Shown: positions 11,066 to 23,786 of the stretch, in pieces | How the letters are laid out: each line of letters opens with the position of its first letter | How positions within the stretch are numbered: the stretch's first letter is position 1 | Made by a program: the position numbers and the translations under genes | DNA from: Squalus acanthias | Taxonomy: Eukaryota | Assembly (NCBI GenBank): GCA_030390025.1 | Contig: CM059431.1 | Location: forward strand, 111,292,001 to 111,356,000 | Direction: 5' to 3' | Length of the DNA stretch: 64,000 nucleotides | The notes under the pieces: model-generated | What the model saw: only the letters and a program-made list of their open reading frames with translations | What the model was told of the DNA's origin: nothing | Databases searched by the model: none

Positions 11066-11803
11066 GGGGGAGAAACTCGGTGGCACCCCCTTTCGGGCGG
11101 TAACTTCGCCGGAACGCTACTTTTAGCGCCCCAAAAGAGTAAGTGCCCCAGCGCCATAAATTCATTGGTAATGTCCCAAGCAGGAGGCGGGGCGCTACTG
11201 GAAGCACTCCCCCTCCTTCCTGGGGTGCTACCAGTGAATTTTGCAGTGCTACGTGCAACAGCGCCACGCGCGTTGGCACATAGCGCCACGTCATTGCAGG
11301 TCTCCCTCCACTGATTAAAGGGGAGGGGCCTAGCACTGCGCACACCGGGGCCCTGCTGGACCACCGGGGAGCAGGGTGCCGGGAAAACAGCCCGGCACTC
11401 AAGAGAAGTGTCGGGCTGAGCGATCGCGGCCGGCACCCCGAAGAAAAAAGGGGAAGGGGGCAGATGCTGGCAGTCGGCCCAAAAAAAATGGCTGCCCGAC
11501 ACTTGCTCTTTAACTTGAACCGCCACGGCTGCAAAAACGCCCCCCTGATCCTGTTGAAGATATCGTCCGGCGATAGGTCAGAGGACGCAACCGAAGTTTA
11601 CGGCTGGGGCGCTGCGCACGGTGATGTCGTCATCGCCGGCGGCGCAGCACCGTGGGGTGCTACCGGCTACTGCTGCCGCTAACCTCCCGCTGAATTTCAC
11701 AAGAGGCGTTAGCGGCGCCACGCCCGAACGCTAGGAGCTTTGCGCCCCATTAGCGACCCCAGGTGCGCTAACGGGAGGCGCAAAGCAACCGAATTTCGCC
11801 CCC
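11066..11803. mobile_element. GC-rich non-autonomous TIR element (Harbinger-like MITE)
   Basis: TIRs gggggagaaactcggtggc / gcaaccgaatttcgccccc (16/19 match); flanks cta/taa; internally similar to 23787-24517. Confidence 0.8.
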
Positions 11804-12189
11804 TAAACTTTAGCAATCTAAAGCTAGAAATAGTTTTGCCTCTACAATGACAACTGCTGCTTTCAAAAGACTCTTCCTTTTTCTGTCATGAGTAAAACAT
11901 CCATTGCAGTATATAAACATATATTACAGTATCTTCCGCACCATTGTTCGCAGTGCCAGGCTCGGGGAGCAGAGAATGGGTGGTTGAAGTGTTTGCATAG
12001 GATTTCTCAGTGTGAGCATTACATCGTGTCATTGTTGCATATAAATAGCAGGCACATGTAATATTGGTTTACGCGATATGAATTTTAAAACATAATCGGG
12101 GGGGAATTTTCCAAATACGCACAGGCTCACTTGTCGGTAGCGCATATCAAAATGTTGCAGGTAAATATCATGGGTAATGTGCAGCCAAC

Positions 12190-13100
12190 AATGTGTTCTC
12201 TTCCAAAGGTTCTTCAGGCTCCTCCTGCTCCTCCTGTTGGTCTCCTTGCTACGTCTGAGTGACCTCCACGCTCATGTCGCCTTACGGGGCAAAGTTGTGG
12301 AATACGCAGCAGATTACCACGGTCTTTGCCATCTTTGCCAGGGTGTATTGCAGGGTTTGCCCAGACCTAGCCAAATAATAGAAACGTTGCTTCACTGTGC
12401 CCATCGCACGTTCTGCTGTGACTCACGGGTTACATGCACCTCGCTTTACCTGTTTTCAGCTGGTGCCCTCAGTTACCACAGAGCTTACATGAATCAGGGC
12501 TCCAGAGTTCCAGCTTTGATTGCCCAGGAACCCCGTGACACTTTCTTTTGTGGGCCAAGTATTGCTGGCATCACGGATTGCCTTAAAATGAAAGCATCAC
12601 GACAGCTGCCTGGAAACAAGCATTGACTTGCATAATGCACTGCTGATAATTGCAAACAAACTGCACATTCATACAGTAGAAGCCTTTCCAATTCATATAG
12701 ACAGTGGCATTGTGCAAAGGGAGCATTAGACTAGATAGGTGCAATCTATAACCGCCGGGACTTTTGGGAATCCTGCCACCCTAGTAAAATGCACAGCCCT
12801 CTCATGCTGCTGCCAGTTCACCATGGGGAAGGAGAAGAATTGTTTTGTTGAGCAAACAATATATCTGTCGACAGCAGATTGGCTTACACTGCTTATCTCC
12901 CCAGTTGCAGCTTGGACTGAGCCTGAAGCATAAAAGTTAAGGGTATTCGTGACCTTGACAACTGCAGCAATGCCGTGGTTGTAGAGAAGTGTGTCTTCAA
13001 GTCACCTTGCAGCATGCGGCAAAAAATCTACTCTGGCCCTACTTGTGATTCAGAGCCTCCAGAGGCACAGGTCCTCTGACAAATTTCTGTCGACAGATGA
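12190..13100 (-). pseudogene. PIF/Harbinger (HARBI1-like DDE) transposase, decayed
   Basis: Minus strand gives VKVTNTLNFYASGSVQAATG, AGFPKVPAVIDCT, FPGSCRDAFILRQS and AERAMGTVKQRFYYLARSGQTLQYT...CCVFHNF, followed by an acidic tail. Confidence 0.85.
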
Positions 13101-13682
13101 GGGTACTGGCAGGTGGCTGCAGAGCCACTCTGATGCAGCCTGGCCTGCCGAGAATTCTTCTGTTCGTCCTCCTCCTCTTTGCTCCAAAAGGCATTAAGGG
13201 GGGGCTTCATGAAGCAATCCATTGCAAGGCTTCTACTGTTGTGGTCATAGGTGAAAGGAGGCACAGTGACAGAATGCCCTGTGACTGTTAATGCTGCTAT
13301 TATGGAAGCCTTTAGCTCCAATCTTCAAGGGGCTCTCTTCTCCAGCTTCAATGTGCCAGGGATCATATGGTGAGAACCATTGAGCAAGCCTTCACAGCCC
13401 TCATTACCCAGTGGTCTGTTTCAATGCAGATCAGTGGATACGGTGAGGGAATGTCCAGCAGCAGGGACATGGCTGGAGTAGCCACCCATGAAGCTGCTGC
13501 CTCTCAGGATAGCACCACATCTGCACCATCTAAGTCTGCCGCTCAAAATGACAATACATTGCCCAGAAAGAGGGCAGGCGCGGGAATCCGTCACAGCAGT
13601 GGATGTGGTGGAGGCAGCAGCACAGCCTTCTCGTGACCCAGCACAGGGAAGTACATGACCGCCTCCCAACAGGCTGCCATGA

Positions 13683-14226
13683 GTACCAATTCACATACGG
13701 ACCGGGTCAAGCAAGGCTGTATCATCGCACCAACGCTCTTCTCGATCTTCCTCACTGCAATGCTCCATCTCACCCTCAGTAAGCACCCTGCTGGAGTGGA
13801 GCTAATCTGCAGAACAAACGGGAAATTGTTCAACCCCCCCTCGCCTCCAGTCCAGATCCAAGGTCGTCCCATCCTCTGTCGTCGAATTACAGTATGCAGG
13901 CGACGCTTGCGTCTGCGCTCACTCGGAGGTCAAACTCCAAACCATCATCAACACCTTCACCGAGCGTACGAGAGCATGGGCCGTACACTAAACATCCGTA
14001 AGACAAAGGTCCTCTACCAACCTGCCCCCGCCACACAGTACTGCCCCCCGATTATCAACCCAAGCACGTCAACCCAAGCACCCCACCGACCCGCCCCTTC
14101 AACCACCGTCTGCCCCACCTGTGACAGAGACTGTAGCTCCCGCATTGGACTCATCAGTCACCTGGGAACTCATTTTTAGTGTGGAAGCAAGTCATCCTCG
14201 GTTCCGAGGGACTGCCTAAGAAGAAG
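13683..14226 (+). mobile_element. RTE-clade LINE fragment with internal deletion
   Basis: VKQGCIIAPTLFSIF (RT), LNIRKTKVLYQP, terminal CPTCDRDCSSRIGLISH zinc finger and (aag)n tail. Confidence 0.85.
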
Positions 14227-14514
14227 TTACCGCCTCCACTGGGGAAGTTCTTAGAAGGAGCACAAATAGAAAGTGGAACATATACAATATACATTCCATG
14301 GGGATGCACGGCAGTTAAAAAAAAAACTGAGCACACATGCACTGAATACTTGCGGGGAAATAAATTGGATTCACTTTATCGTCATGGTGCCCAGAGAGTT
14401 TCTTTCTGCTGGTGCAAAGTAAGGTGGCAGCAAAGGATGAGCTCGATGATAGTTGACATACTGCACAGGATTAAGTTGGGGATGTCATTGAGTCCCTGTG
14501 TAGTACATGTGTAA

Positions 14515-14764
14515 CAATCACAGCAACTTGCATTTATATCGGGTCTTTAATATAGTGAAACATCCGAAGGTGCTTTACAGGTGCGTTTTCAGACAAAATT
14601 TGACACCGAGCCACATAAAGAGATGTTAGGACAGGTGTCCAAAAGCTTGGTAAAAGAGGGAGGTTTTAAAGAGCGTCTTAAAGGAGGAGAGAGAGGTAGA
14701 GAGGCGGAGAGGTTTAAAGAAGGGAATTCTAGCATAGGCAGCTGGAAGCACGGCCACCAATGGT
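14515..14764 (-). mobile_element. L2 LINE 3' fragment
   Basis: Homologous to 2586-2820. Confidence 0.85.
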
Positions 14765-14779
14765 ATAGACAGGTCTGTT

Positions 14780-15700
14780 AGGATGGCTCATGTACTTATC
14801 AGTGTCTACTTTTCCTGGCTGCAAAGGTGTTTCTGTGGTAAATCCTCAGGCCAGTTGCCAGTGTTGTATTTCAATCTTCCCTGTGGATCAACCTTCTGCT
14901 GCACTTCCTCTACGTTAACATCTTTTCGGATGGTAAAGTTGTGAAGTATGCAGCGCACAGTGATGAGCTTGGAGACCCAGTGGGGCTGTACTGTAAGGTG
15001 CCTCTGGTCTATTGAGACATCTGTTTCAAGATATCAATCGTTTGCCCTAATGATTTCCCTGCTAGATGCATAGGTCTCGTATCTACTTTCAGCTTCAGTC
15101 CATGACTCTCGCAAGGTATCATTAGTCAGGGTTGTAGAGGGTAGAATTGGTCTCTTATGAGCTTTAAGTCTGGCTTCGCTTTCAAATAACCCAGGCACAG
15201 ATAATTGCCTGAATTATAAAAGAATCATGGTTCTTGCCTGGGAAATGGGCATTCACCTGATCATGTGTTGCTAGTCATTTGGGCATTTGATACAGTGAAA
15301 GCCCTTGAGGTTCATGAATGGAACAGCATTGTGTCCAGGAACCCAGGTGACCATATTGGCTGGCATCAATAATGACCTGGGCATTACAACAGTGACTACA
15401 CTTCAATAGTACTTCATTGGCTGTGAAGCGCATTGGGACGTCCCGAGGTCATGAAAGGCGCTATAGAAATGCTAGTCTTTCTTTTGTTAGGGAATCCTGG
15501 GCAGAATTGCAGTGCTTTCTAATTCTGCCATTGTTTTATTTCCAAAAGGAAATTGGAAAGGGAGAACATGCTGTGAGAGCATGCCCCTGACCCCCTCTAG
15601 AATGCACCACCAATTTTGTGCCTTCGGTATCTGGATTTCCTGCTTCAGGCTTTCATGCTCTTGTTTTATTTTTCCTTCCACACAAGTAAAGAAATGCTGG
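14780..15700 (-). pseudogene. Second decayed Harbinger transposase, interrupted by a SINE tail at 15383-15486
   Basis: Minus strand gives FMNLKGFH, NAHFPGKNHDSFI, LQYSP and VRCILHNF; the GFP motif lies just across the SINE insertion. Confidence 0.7.
15383..15486 (+). mobile_element. DeuSINE 3' tail fragment
   Basis: cattacaacagtgactacacttcaa...aaaggcgctatagaaatgc. Confidence 0.85.
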
Positions 15701-15829
15701 GCCAGATGTTCCTGAGGAACCTTTTGGGGACCGACCTAGGGAGGAACGAAACCTCTGTCCGGCACAAGTACGTGCCTCTGACCCTGTTCAAAATCTGGGG
15801 TCAAGGGCATTAGCATTTTGTGGGTGGGT

Positions 15830-16367
15830 GCCCACTCTTTACTGGGTTATCCACCACAGTGACGGGGGGAGAGGTGCACCTTGCTGCAGCGTAGCTGAGC
15901 TGACTATGCCAGCCAGACATCTTAAAATCCATTTAAAATATCACCAGTCCAACTTTCACCAGGGTCAGATGCTGGTTACCAAGCCCACTTGCTTCAGGCA
16001 GATGTTGAGGCGGGACAATGGGTCGCGCTGTGCCACCAGTCCTGCCTCTTTCAGTGGGGGATTTTTAACTGGGATCGGGCACTCCTGCTCCTCCTGGCCC
16101 CACTAAGGAAAGGTTTTGACTTACCTCAGAGGGCCTACTCTTCTTCCCCGACACGTTTGACTGAACAAGGCATTAAAATTGCCATCGGTCTCATAATAAC
16201 ATCATAGGACCCTCAATTTGAATGTATTAATGAGCCTCCCACCTGAGTCAGAGGGGTGCCTCAGCCAACTTAAAAAAGGGCCCAGTTAAGGTGGTGACGA
16301 GTGGGAATGGGGAGGAACTGCGCATGCGCCCTGTTTCCACTGGGCGGGGTGGGTTAAAATTCCCCCC
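15830..16367. mobile_element. Harbinger-like terminal segment
   Basis: Ends ggttaaaattcccccc, like the other TIR ends (44850, 55565); lies upstream of the minus-strand transposase remnant. Confidence 0.45.
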
Positions 16368-17479
16368 TACATCTGTTAGGAGAAGTTAGTGTTGGGCACA
16401 CATAACTTCTATGGAGTTCTGGAGCAAAGTATTTTGTTTCTATACCTTTTATGCCGACTGTTGCTTATGGCTTGCACACATATCACCAAAAAATCATTTA
16501 ATTCAGTAGTTCTCAAACCTTTTTGGGTCAAGCCCCATCAAAAAAATTCACAGCCTCTAGCTAAGAATACTGAAACCAATCATTTGTAAAAGTCTCTCTC
16601 TCTTCCATTTCTGTCTCTCCTCCTCCCCCATTTCTATCAATCTCTCTTTCTTTGTTTTACTGGTAGCTCTTTGCTAACTGAAGATTGTTGATTGATTTAT
16701 GAGAAAGGGCATAGGAAAACTACCAATCTACCATTAAGTTGTATTTTTTATGTACATTAACAGGTGACATGACGTGCGTGGGAGTCACAGGTTATGCTGT
16801 TCAAGCACTCCTCTTTATCTCTGTCTCTATTATCTCTCTCACGCACATATTTAAGCACAGGAGTCAGCCAGATGTGGTTACAAGAATACTTTTAATCAGC
16901 CACATTAGTGGTTTCCTTGAGGCCAGCCACAATGTCAAATCAGCAAAGTGTCACAGTCATATAAAATCTACATTTATCTAACTTGTAACACATGAAGACG
17001 CAAATCAGATTACAGCGCCCCATTTTAGCCAACAGTATTTCTAAACAAAGGTTTAAACATTAATAATAAAGTTTGGCTCCGACTTATTCCACATGGATTC
17101 CAACTGAAATTCCACCCTTCATGTTTCGGATCCACCCAGGATTACAGATATCTCCAAGATATTCAGCGTTCCTCGAACCACTATTCTCGCCACATCCTGA
17201 GATCCACGCTCAACGCCATGCGCCATCACATGCACGCTCTCGACCTCTCTCTTCAGCAGCACCGACTCACTCTATCTCAAAGCTGTCCTGGTCCGCAGTT
17301 CCATTTCATCCTTCGCCTCATCCAAACAAAAAACTTTTTTTCTTCTTTTCATGTGTCAAGGATCGCAAGTCTCAACAACTCTTGGACACCAACGCCCCTC
17401 TGGAACCTTCTTTCCCTTCACTTTCCTCTGACCCCATCCCTTCTTCCAATCTCACCCCCTGCCGTGCTTTCACTATCCC

Positions 17480-19621
17480 CTCTGACCTTCCCCTCTCTGA
17501 CCCCGAACGATCAGTCCTCAGCAAAGGCCTGAGATTCATCCCCTTACGCTCCCACCTCAATGAATTTCGAGCTCGGCACAACGCTGAGCTTTTTTTCCTT
17601 CGCCTTTGTCTCTGTGCCCACTTCTTTGGCCAGGAGTCTTCCCCCCGCCCAGAATTCTCGTTCTACCTGGACCCCTCCCTCTGGCCTCTTACCCTCTCCA
17701 GATCTTTTCATTGTGAACTGCCTGCGTGACATCGGCCATCTCAATTTCTCTGTACCCCTTGCCCACTCCAACCTACCTCCATCTGAACTTGCAGCATTCT
17801 GTTCTCTCAGATCCAACCCCAACATTGTCATTAAACCTGCTGACAAGGGTGGCACTGTTGTTGTTTGGCGAACTAACCTCTACCTTGCGGAGGCTGAACG
17901 CCAACTCTCTTGACACCTCCTCCTACCTCCCCCTGGACCATGACCCCACTACCGAACATCAAGCCATCATTTCCAAGACTGTCACTGACCTCAGTCTCCT
18001 CTAGAGATCTTCCCTCCATAGCCACCAACCTCAGTCCCCCAACCCCGCACAGCCTGCTTCTACCTCCTTCCCAAGATCCACAAACAGGACTGCCCTGGTA
18101 GACCCATCGTTTCAGCCTGTTCTTGCCCCATGGAACTGATTTCTTCCTATCTCAACTCTATTTCTTCTCCCCTTGTCCAGTCTCTTCCCACCTACATCTG
18201 CGACTCTTCTGACGCCCTCCGCCACTTTAACAGTTTCCAGTGTCCTGGCCCCAACCGTCTCCTTTTCACTATGGACATCCAATCCCTCTACACCTCCATC
18301 CCCCACCAGAATGGCCTGAGGGCGCTCCGCTTCTTCTTTGAACAGAGGCCCAACCAGTCCCCATCCATCACCACCCTCCTCTGCCTGGCTGAACTTGTTC
18401 TCACATTGAACAACTTCTCCTTTGACACCACTCACTTCCTCCAAATTAAAGGTGTTGCTATGGGAACCCGCATGGGTCCTAGCTATGGCTGCCTTTTCAT
18501 GGGATATGTGGAACATTCTTTGTTCCAGTCCTACTCAGGTCCCCTCCCTCACCTCTTTTTCCGATACATTGATGACTGTATCAGTGCCGTTTCCTGCTCT
18601 CTCCCTGAACTGGAAAATTTCATTCACTTTGCTTCCAATTTGCACCCTTCCATCACCTGCACATGGTCCATCTCTGACTCTTCTCTTCCCTTCCTCGACT
18701 TCTCTGTCTCCATTTATGGGGATAGGCTATCGTCAAACATCCACTATAAGCCCACTGACTCCCACAGCTACCTGGACTACACTTCCTCCCACCTAGCTTC
18801 CTGTAAGGGCCCTATTCCATTCTCCCAATTTCCCCGTCTCGGTCACATCTGTTCTCATGATGCCACCTTCCATACTAGTGCTTCCAATATGTCTTCCTTT
18901 TTCCTCAACCGAGACTTCCACTCTACCGTGGTTGACATGGCCCTTGACCGTATCCGTTCCATTTCCTGTACTTCTGCTCTCACCCCTTCCCTTCCCTCCC
19001 AGAACCATGATAGGGTTCCTCTTGTCCTCACCTTTCACCCCACCAGCCTCCACATTCAAGGAATAATCTTCGCCATTTCCGCCACCTCCAACGTGATCCC
19101 ACCACCAAACACATCTTCCCCTCCCCTCCCCTTTCAGCATTCCGAAGGGACTGCTCCCTCCGCAACACCCTGGTCCACTCTTCAATTACCCCCAACACCC
19201 CTCCCCTTCACACAGCACCTTCCCGTGCAAGTGCAGGAAATGCAACACCTGCCCTTTTACCTCCTCCCTTCCCACTGTCCAGGGCCCCAAACACTCCTTC
19301 CAAGTGAAACAGCGATTTACTTGCACTTCTTGCAATTTAGTATACTGTATTCGCTGCTCACAATGTGATCTCCTCTACATACGGGAGACTAAACGCAGAT
19401 TGGGTGACCGCTTTGCGGAACACCTCCGTTCAGTCCATAAGCGTGACCCCGAGTTTCCGGTCGCCTGTCACTTTAATTCTCCGCTCCACTCCCACTCTGA
19501 CCTCTCCATCCTCGGCCTCTTACACTGTTCCAACGAAGCTCAGTGTAAGCTCGAGGAACAGCACCTCATCTTTCAAATAGGCACTTTACAGCCTTCTGGA
19601 ATCAAGAATTTCAGGCCATAA
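17480..19621 (+). pseudogene. PLE polyprotein (RT plus GIY-YIG endonuclease), frameshifted
   Basis: VLSKGLRFIP, IKPADKGG, YLLPKIHK, FTMDIQSLYTSIP, QIKGVAMGTRMGPSY, RYIDD; CTSCNLVYCIRCSQCDLLYIRETKRRL..RFAEH. Confidence 0.92.
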
Positions 19622-19874
19622 CCTTTGCCCTTATTTTTTCAGATGGCAGCTGTTGATGATTCTGCCATTCCCATTTACACCTCTTCTAGACCCATCTTTT
19701 GTTTCCTTACTTGTTCCATTGCCCTCTCCTTTTGCTTTGTACAATCTTATCTTTTGTCATTTAATCTCTCCTGCCTTCCACCTTATCATAGACCTTCCCC
19801 TTTGTTCTTTCCTCCCCTTCCCCCTTTCCCTGCCCCCGCATTTGCTTAAAATCTGCTACATCTCTAACTTTTCC

Positions 19875-19911
19875 AGTTCTGGCGAAAGGTCATCGACCTG
19901 AAACGTTAACT
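19875..19911 (+). ncRNA. Minimal hammerhead ribozyme motif of the PLE pLTR, core mutated
   Basis: agtt-CTGGCGA-a-aggtc(atc)gacct-GAAACGTT-aact; core CUGANGA has A6 changed to G. Confidence 0.7.
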
Positions 19912-20066
19912 CTGTTTCTCTCTCCACAGATGCTGCCTGACCGGCTGTGTGTTTCCAGCATTTCCTGTTTTTATTTCAGATTTCCAGCATCCACAGTATT
20001 TTGCTTTTGTTTAAACATTAATATTTCACCTTACAATTCTTATGTTTCCTTCATGATTAGATGTAG

Positions 20067-20417
20067 TCAGCTGTGGCTCAGTGGGTAGCACACGCGCCTC
20101 TGAGTCAGAAGGTTGTGGGTTTAAGTCCCACTCCAGAGACTTCAGCACATAAAGCTAGGCTGACACTCCAGTGCAGTGCTGAGGGAGTGCTGCACTGTCG
20201 GAGGTGCCGTCTTTCAGATGAGATGTTAAACCGAGGCCCCGTCCGCTCTCTCAGGTGGACATAAAAATCCCATGACACTATTTTGAAGAAGAGCAGGGGG
20301 AGTTATCCTCGGTGTCCTGGTCAATAGTTATCCCTCAACCAACATAACAAAAACAGATTATCTGGTGCATTAGCACATTGCTGTTTGTGGGAGCTTGCCG
20401 TACGCAAATTGGCTGCC
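20067..20417 (+). mobile_element. DeuSINE (SacSINE1-like), 3'-truncated
   Basis: tRNA-like A/B boxes (tggctcagtggg, ggtttaagtccc) and the Deu-domain ggaggtgccgtctttcagatgagatgttaaaccgagg. Confidence 0.88.
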
Positions 20418-20689
20418 GCGTTTCCTACATTATAACAGATGACGAGATGGATTTTCAAAAAAAATATTTGGAGGCTTACATCCTCCATTCACCTGTAGCG
20501 CCTTTCCGACTAGCACTGTCAGATTCAGGCTCCCCCATAGTACCAGACCCTATTGACCCGAGGGTTTCAGACCCTAAACCCACTCTCGCCAATCCTTCCA
20601 AGAGCTTCAGACACCCCTTGCCCCAGAAACACCCAGCCAACACCCAGATTCAGGGACACCATCTATCAATGCTCCCCAATTCTAATGTT

Positions 20690-20942
20690 AGCTTTGGCTC
20701 AGTGGATAGCACTCTCACCCCTGAGTCAGAAGGTTGTGGGTTCAAGCCCAACTCCAGAGAGTTTAACCCATAATCTAGGTTGACACTCTAGTGCAGTAAC
20801 GAGAGAGTGCTGCACTGTTGGAGGTGCCGCCTTTTGAATGAGACATTAAACTGAAGCCCTGTCTGCCTGTTCAAGTGGATGTAAAAGATCCCATGGCAGT
20901 ATTTGAAGAAGAGCTGGGCAATTCTTCTGGTATTCTGGACAA
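20690..20942 (+). mobile_element. DeuSINE 5' portion
   Basis: Same head and Deu-domain as 46600-47063. Confidence 0.85.
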
Positions 20943-20944
20943 CA

Positions 20945-21353
20945 AGAAATAAAGAAAGACTTGCATTTATATAGCACCTTTCACTACCACTCCCAAAGCA
21001 TTTTACAGCCAATGAAGTACTTTTTGAAGTGTAATCACTGTTGTAATGTAGGAAACGCGGCAGCCAATTTGCGGTCAGCAAGCTCCCACAAACTGCAATG
21101 TGATAATGACCAGATAATCTGTTTTAGTGATGTTGATTGAGGGATAAATATTGGCCAGGGCACCGGGGGTAACTCCCCTGCTCTTCTTCAAAATAGTGGC
21201 CATGGGATCTTTTACGTCCACCTGAGAGAGCAGACGGGGCCTCGGTTTAATGTCTCATCCGAAAGACGGCACCTCCGACAGTGCAGGGCTCCCTCAGCAC
21301 TGCACTGGAGTGTCAGCCTAGATTTGTGTGCTCAAGTCTCTGGAGTGGGACTT
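20945..21353 (-). mobile_element. DeuSINE, head truncated
   Basis: Reverse complement of the SINE body and tail. Confidence 0.9.
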
Positions 21354-22197
21354 GGTAAAAGGTAAAAGGCACAAACAATGCATTTGATTTTGAGAGAAGA
21401 GAGAAGGAGTTCTTTGATTCATTAGAATCTATGAGGGTAGTTGACACTGGATTAAACATATGCACAAAGCAAATGCGTTAATGATCAGGGAAAAATAACT
21501 GTCAGAAAGTAGAAAGAGGAAGTCAGCCAAGGTTGAAAATTTGATTTCAGATTATGAGTAGATTAAAGATGAAAACCATTAATTGACAAGTAACCACAAT
21601 AGTAGTAGAAGTAATTTACAAAAAAAAGGGACAGAGACAATTAGAATATATCAAACTATTCATGGATTGAGTTCAAAGAAAATACAACTCATAAATGGAA
21701 GTGAATTCATAATTTCTATAGTAGTGAACTATCAAATTTCAGACAACAAGAATATAATAATCAATTCTGGGACTGAGATCTGAGAATCTGCATCTCATAA
21801 CTGGAAGTTGGTTTAATAATTTCCATAATAATGAAGTGAGAAATTCCAGCCAGAGACATCGGGAATACAACAATTGGATTGGATTCCGAGAAGGCGCAAG
21901 TCATAACTGGAAGTACAGTCAGGATCTCGATAATACTGAAAGAAGTTCCAGGCATCGGGGGCCAATTTTGCTTTCCCCTCCCCCACCCCCGCCGACCCCT
22001 CTCCCACTCAAGCATATGCTCCAGATATGCATCCGAATGAAATGCATCTGAACCCTTTCTGGGCTCAGGTGATTCGCATGTTGTGGGTCTGCGTTTGTAA
22101 GATGCCTAGGCCCCAAGCACTGGGATAAGGCATAGTGGAATGATGGGAAAGGGGTGTGTATTCAGGGCATGAGGTTCCTTCTGAATATTAGGAACAG

Positions 22198-22632
22198 AAA
22201 GAAAGAACTTGCACTTATATCACACCTTTCAAAACCTCAGGACATCCCAAAGCATTTCACAACCAATAAAGTAGTTTTGAAGTCTAGTTATTGGAGGGTA
22301 AGGCAGTGAAATGTGGCAGCCAATTTGCATATAGCAAGATCCCACAAACAGCAATGAGATAAAAGATCAGATTATCTGGTTTGGTTGCGTAGGTTGAGGA
22401 ATAAATGTTATCCAGAATACGAGAACAACTCCCCTGCTCTCCTTTGAATAGTGCCAAGAGATGCTTTACATCCATCTGAGAGGGCAGATGGGACTATGGC
22501 TTAAAATGTCATCCAATAGTTGGCACTTCCCCTCAGTACTGCACTAGTGTCAGCCTAGATTATGTGCTCAAGTCTCTGGAGTGGGACTTGAACCCTCAAC
22601 CTTCTGACCCAGAGGTAAGAACCAAGGCTGGC
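22198..22632 (-). mobile_element. DeuSINE, diverged
   Basis: Tail, Deu-domain remnant and B box (gggacttgaaccc) on the minus strand. Confidence 0.8.
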
Positions 22633-23786
22633 ACCCTCAAACATCAGATTCATTTCACTATTTACGCTGTGAGGCGATGGTAGATCTGGCCAAGCTTCTT
22701 GAGATTTACTGACATCTCAATTGGAGTCATGCATCTAGCATTTTTTCAGGATGTGCATAGCTACTCAAGCCTTCATTTATCTTGGCCAACCTCTCAGTAA
22801 GCTGTTCCCAGTACTGAGTTGCATTCATGAGCTGGTATTTACTGCCTGTGCTAAACCCCTCCATATTTCACACACCACTCTTTTCTGGGGTTTTCTTTCT
22901 TGGTTGCCAAAGAGCCTGGTACCTGCCAAAAGAATGTCACGGAAGCATCTGAAAATCTGCGGTCTCTTGCCACAATGGACAACCCGAATGCAGTTCCTCC
23001 AGCTCCCATCTCAAAGTGCCATTGGTTCTTCCTCCGTCTTCAAGCTGGCCTTTTAAGATCCTAGCCCTTTAAGTCTTTTAAACGCTGCAGCAAAATCACA
23101 TTTTCTTTCTTCGAACAGCCACTCAGGAATAGGAAACCTGCTGAAAACCCATCCTGCCTATCAAATGAGACCTCCTACTGGTAAATTCAGTGGATGTGGG
23201 CCAATGTCATGTGGGTAAGCAGAAATCATGCCCCGCCACATTTCTAGTGAGCAAAAGAAAGTCCAGAACAAGGTTTTCATCCATCAGCAGCTCTATGCCG
23301 GCTGTTTAGAAAAGCCTGTTCTGAGGACACCTTGCTAACATTTTTTTCTCTTCTTGTGTCTGCAAGTATGGAGGAAGAAGCTTTGTCAGGACTCTCAGGA
23401 CTGAACTCATCCAACATCTCGCCCGGCACCCAGAGACTCAATCTCACTTTTTATAGCAGCATGTTGGACATCCTGGAGAGTTGTATGTTGGACAGCTTGG
23501 GGAGTTGCGGGTGAATAATCGAACTTCTTTGTATCGTGGAGCAACAGATTTCCGAGATAAACAGGATAACTTTGAAGTGTCATGAGAGGAAAGCATGGCT
23601 TGTCTTCTGCATTTAGTGTCTGAGTGTTATATACAAAAAGTGCTTGTGCAAGGAAATAAGTGACAGTAATGACATCAACCATGAGTGATTAAGGTATAAC
23701 TTTAGTGGCTAGGGAAGTAAACATAGGTAGAGGGATCCATTAACTGTAGTATAGAAAGATAACGGTTCATAAAGTCAATTCTCAAA

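Larger units (their letters stand above)
17066..20008 (+). mobile_element. Penelope-like retroelement (PLE), 5'-truncated, with 15-bp TSD
   Basis: gtttaaacattaata occurs at 17051-17065 and 20009-20023; RT and GIY-YIG domains; pLTR with a hammerhead motif. Confidence 0.93.

Noticed and set aside
11037..11682. ORFs of 72-165 aa in a GC-rich segment, also resembling a CpG island
   Set aside because: They lie within a TIR-bounded MITE; GC richness explains the lack of stops, and there are no domain motifs.
21795..21914. 14-bp direct repeat tcataactggaagt
   Set aside because: Only two copies, and the enclosed sequence has no element hallmarks.
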